A stretch of 64,000 nt of DNA from Pseudomonadota bacterium (GTDB taxonomy: Bacteria > Pseudomonadota > Alphaproteobacteria > Rhizobiales > Hyphomicrobiaceae). Each line of letters begins with the position of its first letter. Positions within the stretch are counted from its first letter, which is position 1. The stretch covers positions 3,724 through 67,723 of the forward strand of contig JAFECE010000010.1 in NCBI GenBank assembly GCA_018242295.1. The letters run 5' to 3'. Under the pieces are notes generated by a model, which searched no databases, was not told where the DNA came from, and saw nothing but the letters and a program-made list of their open reading frames with translations. The position numbers were made by a program, and so were the translations under genes. Shown here in pieces: positions 10,174 to 19,820 of the stretch.

Positions 10174-13100
10174 ATGAACAACGGGCTATTATATTTTGGC
10201 GGCCTCCTGGTCGTTGTTCTTTCGGCGCTTTTTGCCGTACCCAATTTTGTCGACTGGAACGGATATCGCGGGGTCTTCGAGGAGGAGGCATCGAAGGTCC
10301 TGGGCCGTGACGTCCGCGTCGGCGGCTCGGTCAACCTGAAGCTGCTTCCAGTTCCCTACGTCCGTTTCGAGAAAGTTCGCATCTCCAACCTGTCCGGTCA
10401 GACGGGCGAGCCGTTTGTCCGTGCAGAGAGCTTCACGATGTGGCTTTCAGGGCCAGCGCTGCTGCGCGGGGTATTGGAGGCTAGCCAGATCGAGCTCGAT
10501 AGGCCGGTTCTGACGCTTGCCGTCGATGATAAGGGCGGAGGGAATTGGACCAACATCGAGTTGAAGCCGGGCGATCTGCCGTTCGTGCCGCATGACGTGG
10601 CGCTTCGCTCGGTGCGGCTCAAGGACGGTGCGATATCCATCTACAACGCCGCTTCGGAGCGCGTCGCATCGCTGGACGGCATCGACGGCGAACTTTCGGC
10701 CGACGGCCTCAAAGGTCCCTTCCGTTTCAAGGGCTTGGTCGCGTGGTCGGGAGTCGCGCACGACGTCAAATTCGCGACGGATGTTCCCGGCCCCGACGGA
10801 GCATTCGCACTCAAAGTTTCCGCGCGCGGCGACAGCTCGCCCATTGCCTACATGCTGGACGGGCGCGTTTCCGATTTGAGCAACAAGCCGACATTCAAGG
10901 GCAACTGGACAGGAAAACTTGGCATTCCTGGCAGCGAAACGATTGCCGCCACTGGCAAGGCGCCGCCGCTTCTCGACCTCAAAGCGGACGTCACGGCCGA
11001 TGCGCTTGGCGCAAAGTTCGAGAAGCTCGCGCTGTCGCTCGACGACTCGGCCGCTCCGCAAATGATTACGGGATCGGCTGTCGCCACCTGGACGGCGTCG
11101 CCCCGGCTCGACCTTTCACTGCAATCGAAATGGCTCGACATCGACCGGCTTGCGGGCGCGGGGCAAGGAAGCGCCTCGTTCGCGAAGCTTAAGCAACTCA
11201 CCGGCGGTTTGATGCAATCCGTTGCGGGTGACAGCACGGCGACGGCGAAGATTAATCTCGAACAGGTGAAGGTCGGCGGCGAAAACGCGGGCGGCCTGTC
11301 GATAGATGCGGTTCGGCAAGGCAATGTCACGCATCTCAATACGTTCAAGGTGAGCTTGCCCGGCGGATCGCGGCTCGATCTTGCGGGCGAACTCAAGAAC
11401 AATGCGGGCAAGTTCAGCTTTGCCGGTAATGCATTCATCGGTGGCAGCAGTTTTGGACGCCTCAAAGCGTGGGCGGAGAAATCCGGGGTTCCGATCGATT
11501 TCAATGCCGACGGTTCTTATTCGGCCGCGGGCAAGCTCGAAGTCGACGACACGCACTTCGCATTGACGGATGCCTCGGGCGATCTGTCGGGCAGGGCGCT
11601 TGCCGGTGAGCTCAAGATCCTGCGCGGCGACCGGCAGCTCACGGATTTGACATTGCAGGCCGCCGATCTCGACACGCGAGAAGTTTTCCCGAAAATCGCC
11701 GCTGCGCTGAACAGCGAATTCCGCCGGTCGCTCGGTCTTCACAAAGTCGAAGGTGCAGAGGACCCGCGCGCGGTTTTGCCGGGTGACGTGCGGCTGCGCG
11801 TCATCGCCAGCAGGCTGACGGACGGCGACGCGACTTATCGCGACGTCGATGTTTCGTTTGCGATCGAAGGACGCGACGTCAAGCTGCCGGTGGCGCGGCT
11901 GACCACGGCGAACGGACTTTCGATCGAACTCGAGGGCCGCGTCGAGACGCGTGACGGCGGACCGGCCGGCACGTTCGCGTTCGATCTCGTCGGCGCGACG
12001 CCCGACGCGATGCGCGATCTGGTGAGCAAGGCCGGGCTTTCGACAGTGCTCGGGGAGGATCGCTTCGCGGGATTGAAGGCTGGAAAGATCGCCGGGCTCA
12101 TCCGGCTCGGCCTCAGGTCGCCGACGGCGACGGACGTGACGTTCGACGGACTATTGAACGGCGCCAACCTGACCGGCACGGCGGAATTCGACGGTGGCCT
12201 CGGCGGCTGGCGATCGCAACCGAGCCGCATCCGCACCTCGCTCGATGCGCCGTCGTTATCGTTGCTGCTGACGACGCTCGGCCGAGGCGGCGTGAGCAAC
12301 CGGGCCGTCAGCGCCGATCAAGCGGCGCAAAAATCTCGCGCGTCGCTCGTCACGGCAGGTATTATCGGCACTGACGCGGAAGCGCATGCGGACATCACGT
12401 CATCCGATTTCAACATGAGCTTCACCGGCAAGTCGCGATGGCCGGAAAATGCGGCGCTGGCGCTCGACGGAACGCTTGATTTCAAGGCGGCACAATTTAC
12501 CGACGCTCTCGTTGCTGCCGGGATTTCGTTGCCGAGCGGCGCCGAAGACGTTGCGGCTCGTGGTTCGCTGCAAATTGGCCGCGATGCAAATGCCTGGACC
12601 ATCGCGACGCGCGATTTCTCACTCGGCATGTCGACCCTTGCAGCTCATCTGACTGTCACGCCGAAGGCCCAAGCCGTGCAGGTCGATGGAAACATCGATG
12701 CGGATCGCGTTGCGTTTCAGAGCCTGCTCGCGGCCGTCACCGACGCCCGGCCGCAGCAACCGGCGGTGACAGCTGCCGGATCAGACGTCGATAATGACGC
12801 GGCTGCGGATGCGCAACCGATCTGGCCCGAGGGGTTGTTCAATTTCGCAGCGCTCGGCAGCACGCAAGCGACGCTCAAGATCGCTTTCAAGACGCTTGAT
12901 TTGAGCGGTGGCCTTGCAACGCATGATGGCAAGCTGACGTTGATGCTCGGTCCCGGAAAGCTCGCGGTGAGCGATCTCAGCGCTGCGGCAGCCGGTGGGC
13001 AGTTGAGCGGGAATGTCGGATTCGAAAAGGTATCGAACGGGGTCGCATTTTCTTCGACGCTGAAACTCGATCAAGCCAAATTGTCGGCCGTCAGCGCGAC

Positions 13101-14229
13101 CGGAAAAGGTACGGCGACGATCGATCTCAAAGCGGAGGCACGGGCGCAAAGTCCGGCCGGTCTCGTCGCGGTCATGACCGGGACGGGCAACGCGAAATTT
13201 GCGGACGCTGAAATTTCGGGCCCATCGACCGCGGCCGTCGCACAAATCGTCGATGATGTACTTGGCGGGAAATTGCAGAACGAGCAGCGGGCCATATCGG
13301 CGGCCCTTGCCAATGCGCTCAATACGTCGAAGCTGACGATCGGCAATCGCGCGTTCGCCGTTTCGATCGCCGACGGCTCGATCAAGCTCGACAAGTTCGT
13401 GCTCGACGGCGCCGACGGTCAATTGGAGGGCAACGTTACCGCCGATCTCGCGATGCTCGACATGAATGCGGCTTTCCAGCTTACATCGAACGTCAGGCCT
13501 TTGCCGCCGCCAGCAATTCCGCTTGCGAATTGGACGCCGCCGCCTTCGAAGGGACCGCTGCCAGCCGTCGTGGTGCTTTATGACGGTCCGCTCGACAATC
13601 TCGGCGGACTAACGGTCAAGGCGGATGCCGCCAGCCTTCAGCGCGAACTCGTCGTCAGGCAGATGGAGCGCAATGTCGAAGAGCTCGAGCGATCGCGCCG
13701 CATCGATGAAGAGCGCGTTCGTCTCGAGAAGGAACGTCGCAAGAAACTCGCCGCCGAGCGCGCCGCGGCTCTGGCGGCTGCGAAGAAGAAGGACGCGGAA
13801 CGCTTGGCGCCAGGCAACACGGACGCGGCCGGGACTGCGAACGCGCCGAGCCAAGCCCAACCTAACGTGCCCCCCGCTACGCCACCTGTGCCGCCGCAAT
13901 CCCCATCGACGGAAAGCCGTCCGCCGGCGAGCAATCCACCCGCGCAAGCGGCAGAGCCGCAAGATGCCGCGAAGCCTCAGGACGCGCCGGGCAACACTGT
14001 GTTGACGCCGAAAATATCGGTCGAGCCTCTTCCGCCACCGGACGGCGCAGCTGCCGGTGAGCCGAATGCAGCGACAGGTACGGTCGTGATCGATCCTGAA
14101 ACGGGCTTACCCGTTCCTAAGCCCGAGCCGGCGGTCCGGCCGTCGACTGGACGTTCGACGAGCGCCCAGAAGCAGCCTCGCCGGACGTCTTCGGACGAAG
14201 TGATGAAGAGCCTAGGCGGCTTCCAGTAA
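10174..14229 (+). CDS. AsmA-family giant envelope protein with C-terminal coiled-coil/Pro-rich tail
   Basis: N-terminal anchor plus an AsmA-like start (LLVVVLSALFAVPNFVDWNGYRGVFEEEASKVLGRDVRVGGSVNLKLLPVPYVRF). The repetitive beta-rich body is more than 1300 aa. The ATG at 10174 is preferred over the GTG at 10135. Confidence 0.75.
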   Translation: MNNGLLYFGGLLVVVLSALFAVPNFVDWNGYRGVFEEEASKVLGRDVRVGGSVNLKLLPVPYVRFEKVRISNLSGQTGEPFVRAESFTMWLSGPALLRGVLEASQIELDRPVLTLAVDDKGGGNWTNIELKPGDLPFVPHDVALRSVRLKDGAISIYNAASERVASLDGIDGELSADGLKGPFRFKGLVAWSGVAHDVKFATDVPGPDGAFALKVSARGDSSPIAYMLDGRVSDLSNKPTFKGNWTGKLGIPGSETIAATGKAPPLLDLKADVTADALGAKFEKLALSLDDSAAPQMITGSAVATWTASPRLDLSLQSKWLDIDRLAGAGQGSASFAKLKQLTGGLMQSVAGDSTATAKINLEQVKVGGENAGGLSIDAVRQGNVTHLNTFKVSLPGGSRLDLAGELKNNAGKFSFAGNAFIGGSSFGRLKAWAEKSGVPIDFNADGSYSAAGKLEVDDTHFALTDASGDLSGRALAGELKILRGDRQLTDLTLQAADLDTREVFPKIAAALNSEFRRSLGLHKVEGAEDPRAVLPGDVRLRVIASRLTDGDATYRDVDVSFAIEGRDVKLPVARLTTANGLSIELEGRVETRDGGPAGTFAFDLVGATPDAMRDLVSKAGLSTVLGEDRFAGLKAGKIAGLIRLGLRSPTATDVTFDGLLNGANLTGTAEFDGGLGGWRSQPSRIRTSLDAPSLSLLLTTLGRGGVSNRAVSADQAAQKSRASLVTAGIIGTDAEAHADITSSDFNMSFTGKSRWPENAALALDGTLDFKAAQFTDALVAAGISLPSGAEDVAARGSLQIGRDANAWTIATRDFSLGMSTLAAHLTVTPKAQAVQVDGNIDADRVAFQSLLAAVTDARPQQPAVTAAGSDVDNDAAADAQPIWPEGLFNFAALGSTQATLKIAFKTLDLSGGLATHDGKLTLMLGPGKLAVSDLSAAAAGGQLSGNVGFEKVSNGVAFSSTLKLDQAKLSAVSATGKGTATIDLKAEARAQSPAGLVAVMTGTGNAKFADAEISGPSTAAVAQIVDDVLGGKLQNEQRAISAALANALNTSKLTIGNRAFAVSIADGSIKLDKFVLDGADGQLEGNVTADLAMLDMNAAFQLTSNVRPLPPPAIPLANWTPPPSKGPLPAVVVLYDGPLDNLGGLTVKADAASLQRELVVRQMERNVEELERSRRIDEERVRLEKERRKKLAAERAAALAAAKKKDAERLAPGNTDAAGTANAPSQAQPNVPPATPPVPPQSPSTESRPPASNPPAQAAEPQDAAKPQDAPGNTVLTPKISVEPLPPPDGAAAGEPNAATGTVVIDPETGLPVPKPEPAVRPSTGRSTSAQKQPRRTSSDEVMKSLGGFQ

Positions 14230-14266
14230 TTCTCCGGCCCTGACGCGCGGCAGCAGCCGGGAGCGG

Positions 14267-16069
14267 TCAGTTGTCGTCCATCTTGAGGGCGTTGATGAAC
14301 GCCTCTTGAGGGATTTCGACTTTTCCGAACTCGCGCATCTTCTTCTTGCCGGCTTTCTGCTTGTCGAGGAGCTTTCTCTTTCGTGAGATGTCGCCGCCGT
14401 AGCACTTGGCCAACACGTCTTTCCGTAGAGCTTTGATCGTTTCGCGCGCAATGACCTTGGCGCCGATCGCGGCCTGGATCGGAATCTGGAAGAGATGCGG
14501 CGGAATAAGCTCCTTCAGCTTTTCGCACATCGAGCGGCCGCGGCTTTCCGCGCGCGATCGGTGCACGATGATCGACAGTGCATCGACCGGCTCGCTGTTG
14601 ACGAGAATGGAGAGTTTCACGAGGTCGCCTTCCTCGTAATTCTTGATGTGATAGTCGAAGGATGCGTAACCGCGAGATACGCTCTTCAGGCGGTCGTAGA
14701 AGTCGAACACCACTTCGTTGAGCGGCAACTCGTAAACCACCATCGCGCGCGAGCCGGCGTAGGTGAGCTGCTTCTGGCGGCCGCGCCGGTCCTGACATAG
14801 CTTCAGCACGGCGCCGAGATAATCGTCGGGGACGAGGATGGTAGCCTCGATCCACGGTTCTTCGATGTGATCGATTTGGGGAATCTCCGGCATGTCGGCC
14901 GGATTGTGCATCTCGATCATTGAGCCGTCGCGCATATGCAAGTGATAGATGACGCTCGGCGCTGTCGTGATGAGATCGAGGTTGAACTCGCGCTCCAGAC
15001 GCTCTGTGATGATCTCAAGGTGCAAAAGGCCCAGGAAACCGCAGCGGAAGCCGAAGCCCAACGCAGCCGAGCTTTCCGTTTCGAACGAGAAGCTGGCGTC
15101 GTTCAAGCGAAGCCGGCCCATTGCCTCGCGAAGATCTTCGAAATCGGCGGCATCGACGGGGAAGAGGCCGCAGAAGACGACGGGTTGCGCCGGCTTGAAG
15201 CCGGGCAGGGCCTCGGGGGTCGGATTTTTTTCGTCCGTGATCGTGTCGCCGACGCGGGTATCGGCAACTTCTTTGATGGCAGCAGTGAAGAAGCCGACCT
15301 CACCGGGTCCGAGTTCATCGAGCATTTCCTGTTTCGGCCGGAAGATGCCGACGCGCTCGACCTGATAGCTGCCGTCCGTTGCCATCAACTTCACGCGCTG
15401 GCCCTTCTTCAGGGTGCCGTCAATGACGCGGGCAAGCACGATGACGCCGAGGTATGCGTCATACCAGCTGTCGATCAGCATTGCCTTCAAAGGCAGTTTC
15501 GGGTCGCCTTTCGGGGCCGGCAGGCGTTCGACGATGGCTTCAAGGACGGCTTCGACGTTGAGGCCGCTCTTGGCCGAGACGCCGATCGCGCCCGAGGCAT
15601 CGATGCCGATCACGTCTTCGATCTGCTGCTTGACGCGATCCTCGTCGGCGGCCGGCAAATCGATTTTGTTAAGTACGGGCAGAATCTCGAGATTGTTGTC
15701 GAGCGCCTGGTAGACGTTGGCGAGGGTCTGGGCTTCGACACCTTGGCTCGCGTCAACGACGAGGATGGCCCCTTCGCAGGCGGCCAGCGATCGCGAGACC
15801 TCGTAGGCGAAGTCGACGTGGCCGGGCGTGTCCATCAAATTCAATTGATAAAGCTCGCCGTTTTTCGCCCGGTAATCGAGCCGGACGGTCTGAGCCTTGA
15901 TCGTGATGCCGCGTTCCCGCTCGATGTCCATCGAGTCGAGGATCTGCTCCTTCATTTCACGATTTGAGACATTGCCGCAAAGCTGGATCAGCCTGTCGGA
16001 AAGCGTCGACTTGCCGTGATCGATGTGGGCGATGATCGAGAAATTTCGAATATGTGAAATGGCTGTCAT
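14267..16069 (-). CDS. lepA: translation elongation factor 4
   Basis: 600 aa, starting [22 protein letters not shown], with [14 protein letters not shown] and the LepA-specific C-terminus ([21 protein letters not shown]). Confidence 0.97.
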   Translation of the reverse strand: MTAISHIRNFSIIAHIDHGKSTLSDRLIQLCGNVSNREMKEQILDSMDIERERGITIKAQTVRLDYRAKNGELYQLNLMDTPGHVDFAYEVSRSLAACEGAILVVDASQGVEAQTLANVYQALDNNLEILPVLNKIDLPAADEDRVKQQIEDVIGIDASGAIGVSAKSGLNVEAVLEAIVERLPAPKGDPKLPLKAMLIDSWYDAYLGVIVLARVIDGTLKKGQRVKLMATDGSYQVERVGIFRPKQEMLDELGPGEVGFFTAAIKEVADTRVGDTITDEKNPTPEALPGFKPAQPVVFCGLFPVDAADFEDLREAMGRLRLNDASFSFETESSAALGFGFRCGFLGLLHLEIITERLEREFNLDLITTAPSVIYHLHMRDGSMIEMHNPADMPEIPQIDHIEEPWIEATILVPDDYLGAVLKLCQDRRGRQKQLTYAGSRAMVVYELPLNEVVFDFYDRLKSVSRGYASFDYHIKNYEEGDLVKLSILVNSEPVDALSIIVHRSRAESRGRSMCEKLKELIPPHLFQIPIQAAIGAKVIARETIKALRKDVLAKCYGGDISRKRKLLDKQKAGKKKMREFGKVEIPQEAFINALKMDDN

Positions 16070-16240
16070 GGGCGGGGCTCATAGCACCCGGAACTGACCG
16101 GCAAAAGGGGCGTTAAGCCACTGAGCGGGTTGCGGGGCCTGATTGATCGCCGCACGTCGATAAGAGTGGCGGGAGCGGTGGCGGTGTGCCAGAAATCTTC
16201 TCGCGCCCTTTGTGCTCCCCGGCGCCCCTGGAGAACCGAT

Positions 16241-16807
16241 ATGGCGAATTCATCGTTCGAGGCGAACCCGGCTTTTACCAAGCTCGGGGATGATGCGAAA
16301 AAGGCAGTCACTCAGGCGTTCGACGCCATGGCCAATTGGCGGGCGGAGCTTGCCGAACTCGGAGAGAAAAACAGCAACGCCGTCTTCGACAAGATGGCGG
16401 AGGCGGCCAAATCTCTCGGTTGGCCCACGGATTTCGTGGAACTCAGCCGCAGGCAGATGCAAAATGCATCGAAGCTGCAACTCCAGGCCGTCGATCAGGT
16501 CATGGATGTTTGGGAGAAGCAGGTGAAGGCGCTCGGTAATCCTGGGCAAATGCCGAGCTTTCCGACGTTCCCGAACTTCCCGAACGTGCCTGGGTTTGGC
16601 GCCGGGTCGGGTTTCCCGCCGTTTTCAGGCACCAATGGCGGCGCCTTCCCCGACTTTGGCAGCGGCGGGGCCGTCAACCCTGTGCAGTTCTGGCTGCAAG
16701 CCGCAGAGATGTGGCAGAAGGGCTGGCAGCAGGCCATGTCCACGTGGCTGGACGGTCAGCAGACGCCGGGAAGCAGATCTTCCGGCGGCAGAGGCAGCGC
16801 GCGTTAG
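16241..16807 (+). CDS. hypothetical protein, phasin-like helical N-terminus with F/P/G-rich low-complexity tail
   Basis: The ATG at 16241 is preceded by GGAGAA. The helical N-terminal half (AVTQAFDAMANWRAELAELGEKNSNAVFDKMAEAAKSLG) resembles phasin-family proteins, but that assignment is weak. A terminator follows. Confidence 0.55.
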   Translation: MANSSFEANPAFTKLGDDAKKAVTQAFDAMANWRAELAELGEKNSNAVFDKMAEAAKSLGWPTDFVELSRRQMQNASKLQLQAVDQVMDVWEKQVKALGNPGQMPSFPTFPNFPNVPGFGAGSGFPPFSGTNGGAFPDFGSGGAVNPVQFWLQAAEMWQKGWQQAMSTWLDGQQTPGSRSSGGRGSAR

Positions 16808-16841
16808 TGCCCTGAACTCGCCTGCAATTTGCAGATTCAAG

Positions 16842-16873
16842 GCGCCGGCTCCCCGTGGGACCGGCGCTTTTAT
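16842..16873 (+). terminator. rho-independent terminator
   Basis: GCGCCGG (16842-16848) pairs with CCGGCGC (16861-16867). There is inner TCCC/GGGA pairing, and TTTTAT follows. Confidence 0.8.
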
Positions 16874-17044
16874 CGTTTAATTTATCACAATGCGGCAACT
16901 TTCTGCCCGCCGATGCCGTTGCGGCCGCGTTTCGCTGTGTCTATCGTTCCGGCCGCGAAAGCTCGCACGCGGGACAGCAACGTTTCGCGCAAAGATAATA
17001 AGGGTCTGCGCGACGGCACTTCGCGCTAGCACGGGGAACGCTCT

Positions 17045-18628
17045 ATGACGATGTCGAAGCCGGCTTCGGCGAACGCCGCAAGCGTATTTGGACGCGATTT
17101 TCTTGCCTCGATTGTCGTTTTTCTGGTGGCCTTGCCATTGTGCATGGGCATCTCGATCGCGTCGGGCTTGCCGCCAACAACGGGCATCATCACCGGAATT
17201 ATCGGCGGTATCGTCGTCGCGACGATCTCCGGCCAACCTATGCAAGTCAGTGGACCGGCCGCCGGGCTTACCGTTCTCGTCTATATGCTCGTTCAAGAGC
17301 ACGGCGCCGCCATGCTCGGCACGATCGTGCTTTTCGCTGGGCTCCTTCAGATGCTGGCGGGCTATTTGAAGCTTGGCCAATGGTTCCGCGCGGTGTCGCC
17401 GGCCGTCATTCACGGCATGCTCGCAGGCATCGGCGTGCTGATTTTCGCTTCGCAGTTTCATGTCATGTTCGACGGCAAACCGATCGGCAGCGGCGCGCAG
17501 AATCTGATCGGAATCCCGAACGCCTTTCTCGATGCGATCCGCAGCGGCGACGGACGTCAAACGGCCGGGCTCGTCGGATTGCTGACCATCGTCACCATCG
17601 CTGGATGGAGCGCTTATTCGCCCAAATCCATGAAACTCGTGCCGGCGCCGTTGGTCGGCGTCATCGTGGCGGTGATTGCGGCGAAGCTTCTCGGGTTGGA
17701 ATCGATCAAGTTCGTCGATGTTCCGAGCAACATCTGGGAGTGGTCGCTGCAGATGTATCCGACGCCTGAGAAGCTCATGAGCATCTTTGAGCCCAATATG
17801 ATTATCGGCGCGGTTTCCATTGCCTTAATTGCGAGCGCGGAAACGCTTCTCTGTGCGACGGCCGTCGATCAGATGCACACCGGGCCTCGCACGAAGTACG
17901 ACAAGGAGCTTTTTGCACAGGGGGTCGGTAATTTGATCTGCGGCGTTCTCTGTGTGCTGCCGATGACGGGCGTGATCGTTCGCTCAAGCGCGAATGTTGC
18001 GGCGGGAGCGCAGACGCGATGGTCAGCAATTCTCCACGGCATCTGGCTTCTGCTTCTCGTCGTGTTCTTTCCTGCGGTGCTAAAGCTCATTCCGCTTTCC
18101 GCGCTCGCCGCGGTTCTCGTCTATACGGGCTACAAACTCGCGTATCCGAAGATCCTGCCGACGTTGCGATCCTTCGGTTGGGCCGAAGTCGGGATCTACG
18201 TGATCACGGTCGTCACGATCGTACTGACGAACCTTCTCGACGGCGTGCTCGTTGGCCTCGGGCTGTCGCTTCTGAAGCTCGTCTATGCGTTCTCGCATCT
18301 CGAAATCACGACGCAGGAAGGGCCGGACAAGCGGGTCGACGTGCATCTCAGAGGATCGGCGACGCTCGTTCGCCTGCCGATGCTCGCTTCGGCGCTCGAG
18401 GGGCTGAAGCCTGGCGCGCAGGTTCACGTCCATATCGAAGATCTCGATTATATCGATCACGCGTGCATCGATCTCTTGTCGAACTGGGATCGCCAGCATG
18501 GCTTGAGCGGCGGCTCGCTTTCGATCGAATGGGATGCGCTCAAAAACAAGTATCAGCAACGCAGCGGCAATGCGCTCGAACGTGCTGCCGCCAAGGAGAG
18601 CGCGGCGGGGGCCAACGCAGTCGCGTAG
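17045..18628 (+). CDS. SulP-family inorganic anion transporter with C-terminal STAS domain
   Basis: 527 aa and polytopic. The N-terminal FGRDFLASIVVFLVALPLCMGISIASG is typical of the SulP/BicA type. The C-terminal soluble STAS-like domain reads VDVHLRGSATLVRLPML...HIEDLDYIDHACIDLL. Confidence 0.85.
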   Translation: MTMSKPASANAASVFGRDFLASIVVFLVALPLCMGISIASGLPPTTGIITGIIGGIVVATISGQPMQVSGPAAGLTVLVYMLVQEHGAAMLGTIVLFAGLLQMLAGYLKLGQWFRAVSPAVIHGMLAGIGVLIFASQFHVMFDGKPIGSGAQNLIGIPNAFLDAIRSGDGRQTAGLVGLLTIVTIAGWSAYSPKSMKLVPAPLVGVIVAVIAAKLLGLESIKFVDVPSNIWEWSLQMYPTPEKLMSIFEPNMIIGAVSIALIASAETLLCATAVDQMHTGPRTKYDKELFAQGVGNLICGVLCVLPMTGVIVRSSANVAAGAQTRWSAILHGIWLLLLVVFFPAVLKLIPLSALAAVLVYTGYKLAYPKILPTLRSFGWAEVGIYVITVVTIVLTNLLDGVLVGLGLSLLKLVYAFSHLEITTQEGPDKRVDVHLRGSATLVRLPMLASALEGLKPGAQVHVHIEDLDYIDHACIDLLSNWDRQHGLSGGSLSIEWDALKNKYQQRSGNALERAAAKESAAGANAVA

Positions 18629-18732
18629 CCGGGGGGCTCACTCAACGGCTCCAGCAACGGTTTTCGTTCGTTTGCGCGATGGTCTGGCGGCCAGCGGAGA
18701 CACCGCTTGCCCTGCACGCGAATAGGCCATAG

Positions 18733-18749
18733 ATTAGAATTATTCTAAT
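18733..18749. promoter_or_regulatory. iron control element (ICE)-like Irr operator
   Basis: Perfect inverted repeat ATTAGAA-TTA-TTCTAAT, ending 17 nt upstream of the mbfA ATG. It matches the ICE consensus TTTAGAA-N3-TTCTAAA at 12 of 14 arm positions. Outer CCATAG/CTATGG arms lie at 18727-18732 and 18751-18756. Confidence 0.7.
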
Positions 18750-18765
18750 TCTATGGTATGAGGCG

Positions 18766-19722
18766 ATGCGGCAGTTCAAAGATCTTGATCAACGCGAAAT
18801 CCTAGCGCTCGCAATTTCACTCGAGGAAGAGCACGGCCGCATCTATGCGGATTATGCGGCCGGGCTTGCTACCGACTATCCGGCGTCGGCGAAGATTTTC
18901 AAGGAGCTTGGAGAGGAAGAGAACGAGCATCGGCGCTGGCTGATCGATCTCTTCCAGCGGAAGTTCGGCGACCATATTCCGCTTATCCGCCGTCAGGACG
19001 TATCCGGCTTCGTTCGCCATGATCCGATCTGGATGATCCGGCCGCTCGGCATCGAGAAGGTGCGCCGGCAGGCCGAGCAGATCGAGGCGGAGACGCTGAG
19101 TTTCTATCAGTCCGTGCTGGCGCGCGCTTCGGACGCTGAAATCCGCAAGCTTCTCGGCGATCTGATTGCGGCTGAAAACGACCACATCAAGATTGCCCAC
19201 GACGTCGCTGCAGTAGAGCTGACCGACAAAGCGAAAATGAGCGAAGATCAAGCGGCGCGGCGCTCTTTTGTGCTTCAATATGTGCAGCCCGGACTGACGG
19301 GCCTGATCGACGGCTCGATCTCGACCCTGGCACCGATCTTTGCTGCAGCCTTCGCCACGCATAACACCTGGCAGACATTTCTCGTCGGCGTCGCTGCGTC
19401 GGTTGGAGCCGGAATATCCATGGCCTTTGCCGAGGCTCTTTCCGATGACGGGGAGATCTCAGGACGCGGCCATCCGTGGCTGCGCGGCTCGGTCACAGGA
19501 TTGATGACGGCCCTTGGCGGTCTTGGACATACGCTTCCCTATCTCATTCCGGATTTCTGGACCGCGACCACAATTGCCGTCTGTATCGTATTCTTCGAGC
19601 TTTGGATTATCGCCGGAATTCGCTCGCGTTTCAGCGAAACGCGGTTCTGGCGGGCGGCGTCGGAAGTCGTGGTCGGCGGCCTAATTGTCTTTATGGTGGG
19701 CATCCTGATCGGCAGCGCTTAG
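18766..19722 (+). CDS. mbfA: membrane-bound ferritin-like / VIT1 (CCC1) iron exporter
   Basis: The N-terminal erythrin/ferritin-like domain (EILALAISLEEEHGRIYADYA ... LIAAENDHI) is fused to a C-terminal VIT1-type membrane domain. Confidence 0.8.
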   Translation: MRQFKDLDQREILALAISLEEEHGRIYADYAAGLATDYPASAKIFKELGEEENEHRRWLIDLFQRKFGDHIPLIRRQDVSGFVRHDPIWMIRPLGIEKVRRQAEQIEAETLSFYQSVLARASDAEIRKLLGDLIAAENDHIKIAHDVAAVELTDKAKMSEDQAARRSFVLQYVQPGLTGLIDGSISTLAPIFAAAFATHNTWQTFLVGVAASVGAGISMAFAEALSDDGEISGRGHPWLRGSVTGLMTALGGLGHTLPYLIPDFWTATTIAVCIVFFELWIIAGIRSRFSETRFWRAASEVVVGGLIVFMVGILIGSA

Positions 19723-19820
19723 ACAAGAGGCCGGGAAGGCCTCATTCAGGCCATAGTCTCTTGACGCTCTCCAGGCGGCTGGCAAAAGTGCCGGCTCTTA
19801 TCAATGGCCGAAGGCATCTC

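Noticed and set aside
13977-14855. 292-aa minus-strand ORF overlapping the AsmA tail and the lepA 3' end
   Set aside because: It overlaps two strongly supported genes in alternative frames, and its sequence is extremely Arg/Pro-rich.
19476-19820. N-terminal extension of the lytic transglycosylase ORF overlapping mbfA
   Set aside because: The ATG at 19821 yields a proper signal peptide. The extension overlaps the mbfA membrane domain in another frame.
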